Shown here piece by piece: positions 45,919 to 56,223 of a stretch of DNA of 64,000 bases. Position 1 is the stretch's first letter. Each line of letters starts with the position of its first letter. The DNA comes from Scenedesmus sp. PABB004 (lineage: Eukaryota). The position numbers were made by a program, and so were the translations under genes. The stretch lies in contig CM026547.1 of the NCBI GenBank assembly GCA_014905635.1, positions 4,092,001-4,156,000 on the forward strand, written 5' to 3'. The notes under the pieces are model-generated. The model saw only the letters and a program-made list of their open reading frames with translations, had not been told where the DNA came from and searched no databases.

Positions 45919-47106
45919 CGCCGCGGCCGCGGCCGCCGCCGCGGCCTCGTCCGGCTTGGGCAGCTGGTTGAGGATCTTCTGCAGCAGCGCCGCCACGCGC
46001 TGCAGGTCGGCCTCGTCGTAAAACCAGATGCCGTGGATCTACGCGGCGCGAGGGCGCAGCAGCAGCAGCGGCGGCGGCAGCGGCGCGCAGCGTTTCGACG
46101 GAGCGCAGCGGGCCGCCGCCAACGCCACCGCCGGCAGCCGCTGCCGCGCCAGCCCCGCGCCGCCGTTGGGCTCCCGACCCCGCCGCCGGTCGCTGGCAGC
46201 GGGGACGATCTGCTTGACGGAGCCCCCGGTCCGTCCGTCAAGCACACCGCGGCCTCCCGCTGCCGGCGACTGGCAGGCGCGGGAGGGCGCCGCGCTGCCC
46301 CGCTGCACGCTGCGTCGGCCGCTCGCGAGCCCCGCTGCCCGCCGGCGCCGCCGCACCTCGTCGTTGCCGTGCGTGTACATCAAATACGGCGCGTTGGTCT
46401 CCATCTCCAGGCCGCCGTGCACCGGCTCGACGTAGTTGTCTGCGGCGGCGGCCGGCGCCGGCGGGGCGGCGGCGCGCGTCGGCGGGCCGCGTGCGCGGCT
46501 GGGCGCCCACGCAACGTCCCGCGTCGCGCCGCCCACCTGTGCTGAGCTTGTTGAGCACCAGCATCTGGAAGCGCGGCTGCGTGCGGCGCTTGATGAGGAA
46601 GAGGGAGCCCTCGATGTTCTTGCGTTGCTGCGCGGAGCAGCGGCGCGGCGCGGGCGCAGCGCGACGCGGTGTGAGGCGCGCGCGGGCGCCGGCGGCCTCC
46701 GCCGCGCACGCGCGGCTCGCGCACGCACCCACTGCTGCGTGTAGATGCCCATCTTGTACAGGCACACGTGCGCCGCGGAGGCGATGATCTGGCGCGCCGC
46801 GCGCGGGCGGCGGCAGCGGCGCAGCAGCGGCGCGTCAGCTGCCGGCGCCCCTGGCGCGCGGGGCGAGCCGGCCGCCCCTGATCCGGCGTGCCGGACGCGG
46901 ACGCGGACGCGGACGCCCGCTGCCCCCGGCACCGGGGGCCCCAGGGCCGCGCCCGGGCGGCGCGAGCGCGGGATGCCGCCTCGCGCGCGGCGCACCTCCT
47001 CTATCTGGCTGTCGATGCGGCGCAGGACGGTCATGTTCATGTCGTTGGCCTTGCTCCGGTCCAGCACGGGCGCGCCCTGCGCCGCGGCCTGCTTTTTGCT
47101 CGCCAT
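44888..47106 (-). CDS. DCP1: mRNA-decapping activator DCP1, 7 exons
   Basis: EVH1-like domain MNMTVLRRID..I..SAAHVCLY..W.RKNIEGSLFLIKR..PRFQMLVLNKLS...IHGIWFYD, and C-terminal trimerisation helix KTALIRLANNDAFVDAL. Confidence 0.93.
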
Positions 47107-47447
47107 GTGCGTGTGCCGCTCGCTGCGCGTGGCGGGAGGGGCCTGGGGGGATGAGTGCAGAGGAGTGGGACGACGCCCGTCTCGCTGCGGCGGCCGGCTG
47201 CGGCGGCGGCGCAGCTCGTCGTTCGCAGGCGGTCCGCGCCGCGGACCGCCTGCGCGGACTCCGCGGTGGCGCCGCGGTGGCGCGCTCCCTGGGAGAGGCG
47301 CGTGGGCCGGCCGGCAGGTCCGACTGCTGCCCAGCCAGCCAAGTCCAGCCGCCGTGCGCGGCGCGGCTGCCGCGCAGCGCGTCCATAGCGTGCGCGGCGC
47401 GCCGTGCCGGCCGTAGCGGCGTCAGGACCGCCGGAGCAGGCGAAAAG

Positions 47448-47452
47448 TTACA
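47448..47452 (-). promoter_or_regulatory. TGTAA polyadenylation signal candidate for secreted protein A
   Basis: ttaca on the + strand, ~155 nt 3' of the stop at 47606. Confidence 0.55.
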
Positions 47453-47605
47453 GGCCCGCGGAGCACAGGCCCCGCCAGCCTGGCGTTCGTGGCGCCACCA
47501 GCGCGCGTCTCCGCGCGCGACCCCCGCCCCGAGGCACGCCCCCGCGCGGCAGCTCAGCAGCCGCGCCGCCGCCTACTAGGTCGCACAGAGGCGCCACGAC
47601 CATGC

Positions 47606-49215
47606 TCACTGCTTGCGGCGGCCGTAGTACCCGCCGCCGCCGCCATAGTAAGGCGCGCCGCCGCCGCCGTACGCCGGCGCGCCGTACTCGGTGACCGTGG
47701 GGTCGTAGCCGCCGCCGCCGTAGCCGCCGCCGTAGCCGCCGTTTGCGGTCCCGCCGGCGTCGCTGGAGCTCCAGCCGAGGCCTGGCAGAAAGTCGCCAAG
47801 GCCGCAGAAGCCGAGCACGACCGAGGTCGCCTGCGCGCGCGAGAAGCTCTCCGCCACGCCCGGGCCGCACCGCGCGCGCGCCTGGGCGCGCGCCTCGCTC
47901 AGCACGAGGCAGCCGCGCGAGTCGGTCGCGAGCGCGACCGCGTAGGCCGACGCCCACGCGCTCGCGGTGCTGCCGCCGGCGCAGAACGCCTGCGCGGTCG
48001 CCTCGGCGACCGCGGCCTGGCCGTCGCCGCCGCCGGCGATGGCGGTCGCGATGGCCTGCCCGTACGCGTAGCGCGTCGGCGCGCCGCCCGTGGCGATGGC
48101 GTTTGCGACGGCGCTCGTGAACTGGGGCATGTACCGGTCGCGCCGCGCCGCGACAAAGGCGCTCGACATCGACCGCGCAAAGCCCGGCACGTGGCCGCTG
48201 TTGACCGCGAGGTCGGCGGAGCGCTGCAGCAGCCACGGCGCGGCGCGCGGCGTGCGCACGGTCGTCTCGGCGACGGCCTCGCCGATCGCGACCGCGTCGC
48301 CGCCCTCCGCGGCGGCGCCCGCGACGGCCTGCGCGGCGCTCTCGCCGCGGCCGCTCGCGTACGCCTGGCCGAGCGCCTCGGCCGCGGCGCGCGAGTTGCC
48401 GCGGCGGCGCAGGTCGCGCGCGAGCCCGCCCGCCTCGCCCGTCAGCGGGATGGGGCGCGCCGCGACGCGGCCGAACTGCTGCGTGTCGCGCAGGAGCGGG
48501 TCGAGAACCTCGCGCGAGCGCGCGGGCCGGCCGCCGCCGGCGGGGCCCTCGCCCCAGGCGCCGACGGGCCGCGCCTGCCCGCCGCGCCCGGGCTGGCCGG
48601 GCTGGCCGCCGGCGGTGCCCGGCACCAGGCCGCCCACGCCCGGCGCGGACGAGGCGGGGCTGCCGCGGTTGTTGTTGTTGTTGTTGCTGTTGCTGCTCGG
48701 GCCGCCTGGGCGCCCCAGGCCGCCCCAGCGGGGGTTGGGGTTGCGCCCGCCGCCCCGGCCGCCGCCGCCGCCGCCGGCGCTGGTGCTGCCGTCGCCGCTG
48801 CCGCCGCTCGTGCTGCCGTCGCCGCCGCTGGTGCTGCCGCTGCCGTCCTGGGGCTGCTGCCACGCCGGGCGCCCGCCGCCGCCGCCGCCGCGCACGGGGA
48901 TGATCGAGCCCGGCCGGTTGGCGCGGACGGCGTCGGCGATCGGCGTCGCGCCGATGGGCGTGGGCTGCGGCGCGATGACCACGGGGTCCACACGCCGCCC
49001 GCCGCCGCGCGGGGGCGCGCCGAGCCAGCTCGGCACGCCTCCGCCCTGGCCGCCGCCGCGCTGCGGGCTGCCCCAGCTCGGCGCGCCGCCGCCCTGGCCC
49101 CCGCCGCGCTGCGGGCTGCCCCAGCTCGGCACGCCGGCGCCCTGGCCGCCGCCGCCGCCGCCGTTGCCGCCGCCGTTGCCATTGCCGCGGCCGCCGTTGC
49201 CGCGGCCGCCGTTGC

Positions 49216-49246
<31 letters not shown>

Positions 49247-49525
49247 CTGCTGGCCGCTGACCGGCATGAGCCAGGGCGGCGTGGCGGCGGGCGCGCCGCT
49301 GCTGGTTGAGGGGCTGCCCCAGCCGCCGCGGGAGCCGCCCGAGCTCCCACGGTCGCCGCCGCCGCTGCCGCCGTCGTTGCCGCCGTCGGGGGTGCTGCCC
49401 CAGCCCCGCTGCTGCGCGGCGTCGGCCGCCGCGAGCACGCGGCCTCGCAGCAGCCGGTCGCCGCGCGCGCCCGCCAGGCACGCCAGCAGCAGCAGTGCTG
49501 CGGCCAGGCGCGTGAGGCGCGCCAT
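47606..49525 (-). CDS. Secreted Gly/Trp-rich protein A with an Ala-rich 4-Cys domain (unknown family), intronless, 639 aa
   Basis: Signal peptide MARLTRLAAALLLLACLAGARG, three PSWGSPQRGGGQGGG-type repeats, Ala-rich domain shared with its neighbour, Gly/Tyr-rich tail ending GYYGRRKQ. Confidence 0.85.
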
Positions 49526-50722
49526 CCCTGCTCCTGCGCGTCAGGGCGGGCGGCGCGGCGAGCGTCACCGGTGCTGCGTTCGACCTCGCCGCCGCTGCCC
49601 TTCCTGCCGGGGCGCGCGCGCAGGGAGACAGCCTGGCGCAGCTGCTTCTTCACGCAGCTGCTGCCATCAGCGGCGGTACCGCGGGCTGCTGGCAGCCAGG
49701 CTGGCCCCGCTGGCGCTGCGGGAGCTGGGCATCCAGCCCGTGATGCGCAAGGCCCGCCGGCGCGCCGCCGGCTCACCGTGCGCTGCCCGGTCAAACGCAC
49801 CACCGAATCACAAGCGTCCGCGATGCCCCGTCGACGGACCAGGGAGGCAGCGCGCCTGCCAAGCTCGAGCGCGGGCTGCTGGCCGTGCGCTGCGCCCGGC
49901 GTGCTGGCGGGGCTGACAGAAGAGCGGAGGACCGGGAGATCGATGCCGGGCCGGCGGCGCGGCGGCGCATTCATGCGGCGGCGGCGGCGGAAGGACGGGA
50001 GCGGCCGCTCGTCACGAGCAGCTGCGGGCGGCTGCGCTTATGCGCCCGCAGCCCCCGCGCGCTCGTGGCGCGGTCGTGGCGCTGGTTCTGGTTCACAAGC
50101 GATCTCGCGCAGTCCGTGCAGCGAGCGCGGCAACGGCGGCGAGCGCGGAAGCAGCGTGCAGCTCTCGACCGCGGCGGGTGACCTGGTGACGCCAGCTACC
50201 CCGACGTCCCCCTGCCCTGGCCCAGCTCCCAACCGGCCTCCCCTGCCGCCAAGGCACGCCGGTCGCTCGCGGCTGGGCGCATTGAGGTTGGGTTACCAGT
50301 CTGCGTCGCCGTCGCCCAACCATCAGCCGCCGCGGCCGTGTGCGCGCGTCCCGAGGGGCTGCTGCGCGCGGCTGCTGCTTCTGCAGCAGCAGCTGCGTGG
50401 GGGTGCGTGATCAATCAACGGGGGGTCAATGGACATGCCGACGCGCGCGCGCGCGCCGCGTGTGGACGCGGCCGCGTCAGCGCTGCACAGGCACACGGCG
50501 GCGTATGTACAGTCTCGCTGGGAGGTGATGCCTCTGCGGCAACCGTCACTAGGGGTCACTACGCACTTAGGGGTCACTACGCACTCCGCCGCCGCGTCAG
50601 CAGCCAGTCAAAGCCCGGGGCGCGCCCCCCGCATGCGCGCCCGGGGCGCGCCGCGGGCGCCCGCCTTGCTCCCCGCCCGTCCGAGCCCGGAGCCGTCACA
50701 CGCGCGTGGCGAGGCGCCCGCG

Positions 50723-52575
50723 TCACGCGCGCCCCGCCCCCTGGGCGGCGCCGAGGCCGCCGTCCGTGCTGGTGCTGCCAGAGTTGCCGCCGCTCCAGCT
50801 GAAGTCGGGGAAGCTGCCGCCGGGCATGAAATCCAGCAGGCCGCAGAAGCCCAGCACCAGCGACGTCGCCTCGGCCTTGCTGACCGCCTGCGCCGCGCCG
50901 GCGCCGCACTGCGCCTGCGCCATGGCCTTGGCCTGGTTGAGCACCAGGCAGCCCTGCGCGTCCTGCCCGAGCGCGACCGCGTACGCCGATGCCCACGCGC
51001 TCGCGGTGCTGCCGCCGGCGCAGAACGCCTGCGCGGTCGCCTCGGCGACCGCGGCCTGGCCGTCGCCGCCGCCGGCGATGGCGGCCGCGATGGCCTGCCC
51101 GTACGCGTAGCGCGTCGGCGCGCCGCCCGCGCTGATCGCGCCCGCGACGGCGCTCGTGAACTGGGGCAGCGCGCGGCGCTCGCGCGCCACCACAAAGGCG
51201 TCCGCCATGGTGTCGGCAAAGCGGTCAGTCTGGCCGCGCGTGACGGCGTAGCCCGCCGACTTGGCCAGCAGGTCAGACGCGACCTCGGGGTGCTTCGTCG
51301 CCGTCTCGGCCACCGCCTCGGCCGCGGCGGCCGCCTCGGCGCCGCCGCCCGGCACCGTCGCGGCGCTCGCGACCGCGCGCGCCGCCGCGTCGGCCTGGCC
51401 GCTCGTGTACGCGCGCGCGAGGCTGTCGGCCGCGCCGCGCGCGTTGCCGCGGCGCCGGATGCCCTGCGCCAGGGGCGCCGCCGCGCCGGTAACGGGGATG
51501 TCCTGGCGGCGCACGCCGCGATAGCTGGCGACCTGGGGCCCCGTGAGCTGGTCCAGCGCGGCGCGGTCGCCGCGGTTGTAGCGCCACGCGCGCCCGCCCT
51601 GGCCGCCCCAGCCCTGGGCGCCGCGGGGCGCCGCGGCGCCCCAGCCGCCCCAGCCCTGGCCGCCGGCGGGCGCCGCGCCGCCCCAGCCCTGGCCGCCGCC
51701 GGGCGCGCCGCGGCGGCCGAGCGCGCCGGGCGCGGCGACGCCCTGCGCCGCCGGCGCGCCCCAGGCGCCCGCCTGCTGGGGCTGCTGCAGCTCCAGCGGC
51801 TGCTGCTGCTCCAGGGGCTGCTGCCCCCAGCCGCGGCCGGGCGCCGCGCCCCAGCCGCGCGGCTGCTGCTGCTGCTGCCTCAGCCCGCGCCGGCCCTGCG
51901 GCGCCTGGGTCCACGCGAACGAGTTGGTCGGCCGGCTGCCGTAGGCGCCCTGGCGGCCAAAGGAGGAAGCGGACATGCTGTAGCCCCGCTCCTCATCCAC
52001 GATGGGAGGGTTCATCGCCATCGCCGGCCGGGCCTGCAGCAGGCTGCGCCGCGCGCCGCGCAGCGGCACGGCGCCGCCGTGCGCCGCCGCCGCGCTCACT
52101 GCGGGGCGGGCGGCGCCGGCGGGTGAGCGCGCGGCGCGGCGGCCGGCGGCGGGTCGCGGGGTCGTCGCCGCCGGCCCGCCGCCGCCCCGCCGCGCCCAAC
52201 CCCCCGCCGGCAGCTCCCCGCCCGCCTCGCCGGAGGCCCGCGCGCGCGCCGGCGGCTCACCGCTGCTGGCGGCCAGCAGCCCGAGCAGGCAGGCCGCCAG
52301 GGCGGACGCCGGGGCGTGCCGGCGGCCGGGTGCCGCAGGCGCGCGTCTGCGGGCAGGCGAGCAGCGGCGGCGGAAGGTGCTCAGCTGGTGACACCGCGCG
52401 GCAGGCCGCCGTCGGCGACGGGGAGGTGCGCTGCATCACTGTGTGCGCGTGGCCGCAGCCCGGCGGCACGGGGGCGCGGGCGCGCGCGCGCAGGGCCGCC
52501 CCCGCCGAGTCAATCGCCCGCCCAGGACCGCCCGGCGCCGCTGCGGGGGCGCCGATCAGCTCACCGGTGGCTCAT
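50723..52575 (-). CDS. Secreted Gly/Trp/Gln-rich protein B, tandem paralog of A, 3 exons
   Basis: Exons 52575-52565, 52346-52261 and 52098-50723 join in phase to give MSHRRAP...ASALAACLLGLLAASSVSAAAA (signal peptide). GQGWGG repeats and the same Ala-rich 4-Cys domain. Confidence 0.8.
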
Positions 52576-53143
52576 GTCGGGCCTGTGTCGCAGCTGGGAC
52601 GGCGCGGCGAGGCGGGGGAGGCGTCGCCAACAACGCAGGCGACGAAGGGGGCGCGAGGGGTGCCGTTGCTCCGCTGCTGGCGCTGCGCGGGTGCTTGTTT
52701 GGTGTGTCTGCGTCAACTGTGTGCGGCGGAGGGCCTTGTTGTAGGCCGGGGCGGGCGGGGGACCGCTTACCCGCCAGCCTGCACCGCCCTGGCCCAGGCT
52801 TCTGCGACTGCGCGCAGCTCCCCCGGACGTGATGACCGCGACCGCAGCCCCCCGCGCGAAGCCAGGAGTACCACGAGCGAGTCCACCGCGGCCAGGAAGG
52901 TCTGCCAGGCCCGGGGCCACGCCTGCAGCCGGGTGGTGGGCGCCCGCCATCGCCGGCACCGCGAGCTGCGACGACGAAGGCGCTTCCGCTCTGGCCGCCG
53001 CGACGACCGGAAGCTATAGGCAGCGGGAGTGTCACCGGCCCGTGCGCAGCGCGGCAGCGCCAGGGGGGAGCTGGCGGCGGCGCCGCGCGCCGGTCCGCTG
53101 CGCGCCAGCCGGCGGCCACCCCCGCCGCCAGGCGACCCCGCCT

Positions 53144-54705
53144 TCAGTCCCACCCGGGCTCGCTGAGCGGCATGCGCACCAGCGCCGACATCAGCGGCGC
53201 CGCGCCGCCGCGGCCCAGCACGACTACGCGCAGCGCGCCCGCGCCGGCCGCCGGCTGCAGGCACGTGGCGTCCACCTGGCGGCGGCGGCGGCGGCGGGGT
53301 GCGGCGGGGCGCTCCGGTGGCCGGCCGCGGGGCGGCGGCGGGCCTGCCCGTGCGCCGGCGCCCCGGCTGGGCGTCGCCGGCTGGCAGGGCCGTGGCGGCC
53401 CGGCGGCGGGCCTGCCGCGCTGCGCAGGCGCTGCCCGACAGCCCCGGCGGCGCCGCACCTTGAGGTCGTACTGCAGCGCCGGCACCAGCGCCGGCACCAG
53501 CAGATGGGGGCCGTGCACCGCGTACGCGTCACCGCCCTGCACCACCACCTGCAGCCCGGTCGCCAGCTCCGCGCCTTCGTTGGTCAGGCTGACGACCAGG
53601 CGGAAGCGCGGGCCCAGGCCCTGGACGGCGGCGCTCATGGACAGCTGCGCCGCGGCCGCGTGCGACGCAGCGCCTTGCGCGGCGCGGGCGCGTGGGGCCC
53701 GCGCGCCCGCGCCCGCGCCCGCGCCGCCGTGTCCGCTGGCCCCCCCAGCGCGCTGCCGCGCGCGCACCTGGCCGTCGGTGAGCGCGCGCACGCACGCGCG
53801 CGCCGTCGCGAGGCGCAGCTTGCAGAGGTCGCGCTGGAACGCGCGGTGCATGTCGACGCCGCCCTCACGCTCGCGCGCGCACTGCTCCACGTAGAGCCGC
53901 GTCTTCCGGGGCACGTCCAGCGGCACGTCCTGCTCCGGCGGCGGGCCCGCCCCGCCGCCGCCGCCGCCGCCTGCGCCCGCCGCGTCCAGGTTTGCCGTGC
54001 GCGGCAGGATCTGCGCGCTTCAGGCGCGGCGGCGGCGGCGGCGCGGGCGCGTTGGAGCGGGGAGGGGGCGGGCGGCGACCGGCAGACAGCTGGCCGAGCG
54101 CGCGCGCGCGCGCGTGCACCGAGGCAGCCGTGCGGCGGGCGGGGCCCCCCTGGCCGGCGCGCCTTTATGTCCAGCCCGCCCGCGGCGGTGACGGCGACGA
54201 GGGAGCGCTCCTCGCGCGCGTAGCGCCCCGCGCACAGCCCCGACACGGGGCTGGCGCTCACGTGCAGCGCCACGAGCGCGCGGTCGTTGTACAGCCGGAC
54301 CTCGCCGTTGGCCAGCGCGGCCACGACGCAGCGACACGGCCGCGGCCCACCGCCGGGCAGCGCCTGCAGGCACAGCACCGGCGCCGGCACGCGCAGGCTG
54401 TACAGGCGCGCGCCCTTGGCGCTGTACGCGTGCAGCGCGTCGCCCATGGTCGCGACGACGACCTGCTTGGCCAGCCGCACCTGCACGCCGCGCGGCGCGG
54501 GTGCCGCGTTGGCGGGCAGCACACGGGCGGCACGGGCGCGGCGCGCGCGGTGCGCGGGGGCGCGCGCGGTGCGCGGGGGCGCGCGCACCACGCCCACGGG
54601 CTGCGCGTCGAGCTGCACCGCGCGCCTGCTGAGCGCGCCGGCCTTGACGCTGTACAGCCGGCCGTCGCGTGCGGCCACGCTCACGCGCCAGCCCCCCGCC
54701 GCGTC

Positions 54706-54736
<31 letters not shown>

Positions 54737-55783
54737 GCCGTGGCGAGGAAGGCCGGCACCGCCGGCAGCGCGACGGCGCGCTCGACCGCGGTGCCGGCGG
54801 CGTTGAGCACCAGCAGGCGGCAGTCCTCGGTGCCCAGCACGAGCCGGCTTGTGGCGCCGGGCTGCGCGGCGGACAGTGCGGCGGCACGGGCGTGGGGCGC
54901 GGCAAGGCGCGCCGCGCGCGCCTTGCGCGGGCGCCGCCACGCGAGAGCCGCTGGCCTGGCGCACCTCGTCGCTGTCTGCCACCACGTCCATGCAGGTGAT
55001 GCAGGACAGCCCCGCCTGGCCGCGGCTGCTCGCCGCAAAGCCCGCCCGCTGCTCCGGCGCGGCGGCCAGCAGCCGCCGCGAGCGGCCGCCGAGCGGCGCG
55101 CCGCCGTCGAGCTGCTGCTGGAGCTGCGCCGCGCCGGCGGCGGCGTCGAGCTCGCCCGCGTCCACCTGCTGCCTGCGCGGCGGGGCAGCGGCGCGGCGCG
55201 GTCGGGCGCGGCCGCTGCGCGCGCCGGCGCCGCGGCGCGCGGCCGGCGCACCACACGGCGTCCTCCGCGGGGCTGCTGTCCGCGGGCGGCAGCGTGAACC
55301 GGTAGTGTGGCCGCAGTGCGCGGAACATGTAGACGTGCGGGCCCGCCGCAACCGCGAGCGTCGGCATGCGCGGCGGCGACGCGGCGGGCGGGAGGAAGCT
55401 GGTCACCGCCGTCGGCGCGTCGAGCAGCGCGTGCTCCGAGGCCTTGGCGGTGCCCCTCCACACCTGGCAGCGCGCGCGCGGCAGCGCGGCGTGGCGCGGC
55501 GGGGCGCGCGCTGCGGCGGCGGCGGCGCAGGAGCCAGCGCCGGGGCGTCCTGCGCCCCGAGCTCGCGCGGCCTGGCTGCTGCTCGCTCGCTGGGGTGTCC
55601 AGGTCTGGCGGCGCAGCCCACCTTGAGCTTCTTGTCGGCGTCGGCCACGACCAGGCGCCAGTCGCCGTCGCCGAGCAGGTCGCACGTGTGCACGCAGCTG
55701 AACGCGCGCAGCCCCGCGACCGGGTCCGCCCAGGCGTCCAGCCAGACCTGCCCGCACGCCGCTCGGCCGGGAGAGTCGGCCAT
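53144..55783 (-). CDS. BBS1: Bardet-Biedl syndrome 1 protein (BBSome subunit), 8 exons
   Basis: WLDAWADPVAGL..CDLLGDGDWRLVVAD..KLKVWRGT, LAVAAGPHVYMFR.LRPHYRFTLP, GRYAREE, LDIKILPRTANL, PLDVPRKTRLYVEQ..RERE..MHRAFQRDL.KLRL. Confidence 0.95.
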
Positions 55784-56223
55784 GCTGCGTCCACTGCCGG
55801 GCCTGCGCGGTTGCTGGCCACGCGCCGATGCTGCCCGCGCGCTGGCGGCGGTGGCGCGCTGCTGTCGCCGCCCGGGGCGGCGCAGGCGGCGCGCCGACTT
55901 GCGGGAGGTCGCAACGGAGAGTGTTTCAACGGGCGCGGCGAGCCGCGGCGTGCGGGTGCTTCTGGCCGGTCAAGCAGCAGATGCGCCGCAAGACTGGTCC
56001 CGCCCAGCCCTCGCGAACGCGGAAACAACCGGGTCTGCACGCACGCCGGCGCTGCACGCGAGCGCAAGCGCGAACACAACGCCGCGGGGGCCAGGGCGGC
56101 CTGGGCCGCGCGCTTGCGCCCTGGCCGCCGCCGCTGCCCGCACCCGCGCCCGAGCGCGGAGCGCCGGCGCGTGCGATGGCAACGAGGTGATGTACAGTCA
56201 GTGCAGCGCAACAGAAACGCCAT

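Noticed and set aside
49571..50410. 279-aa ORF between the two secreted paralogs
   Set aside because: No coding-type codon bias, no domain, and it overlaps the expected promoter and 3' UTR regions.
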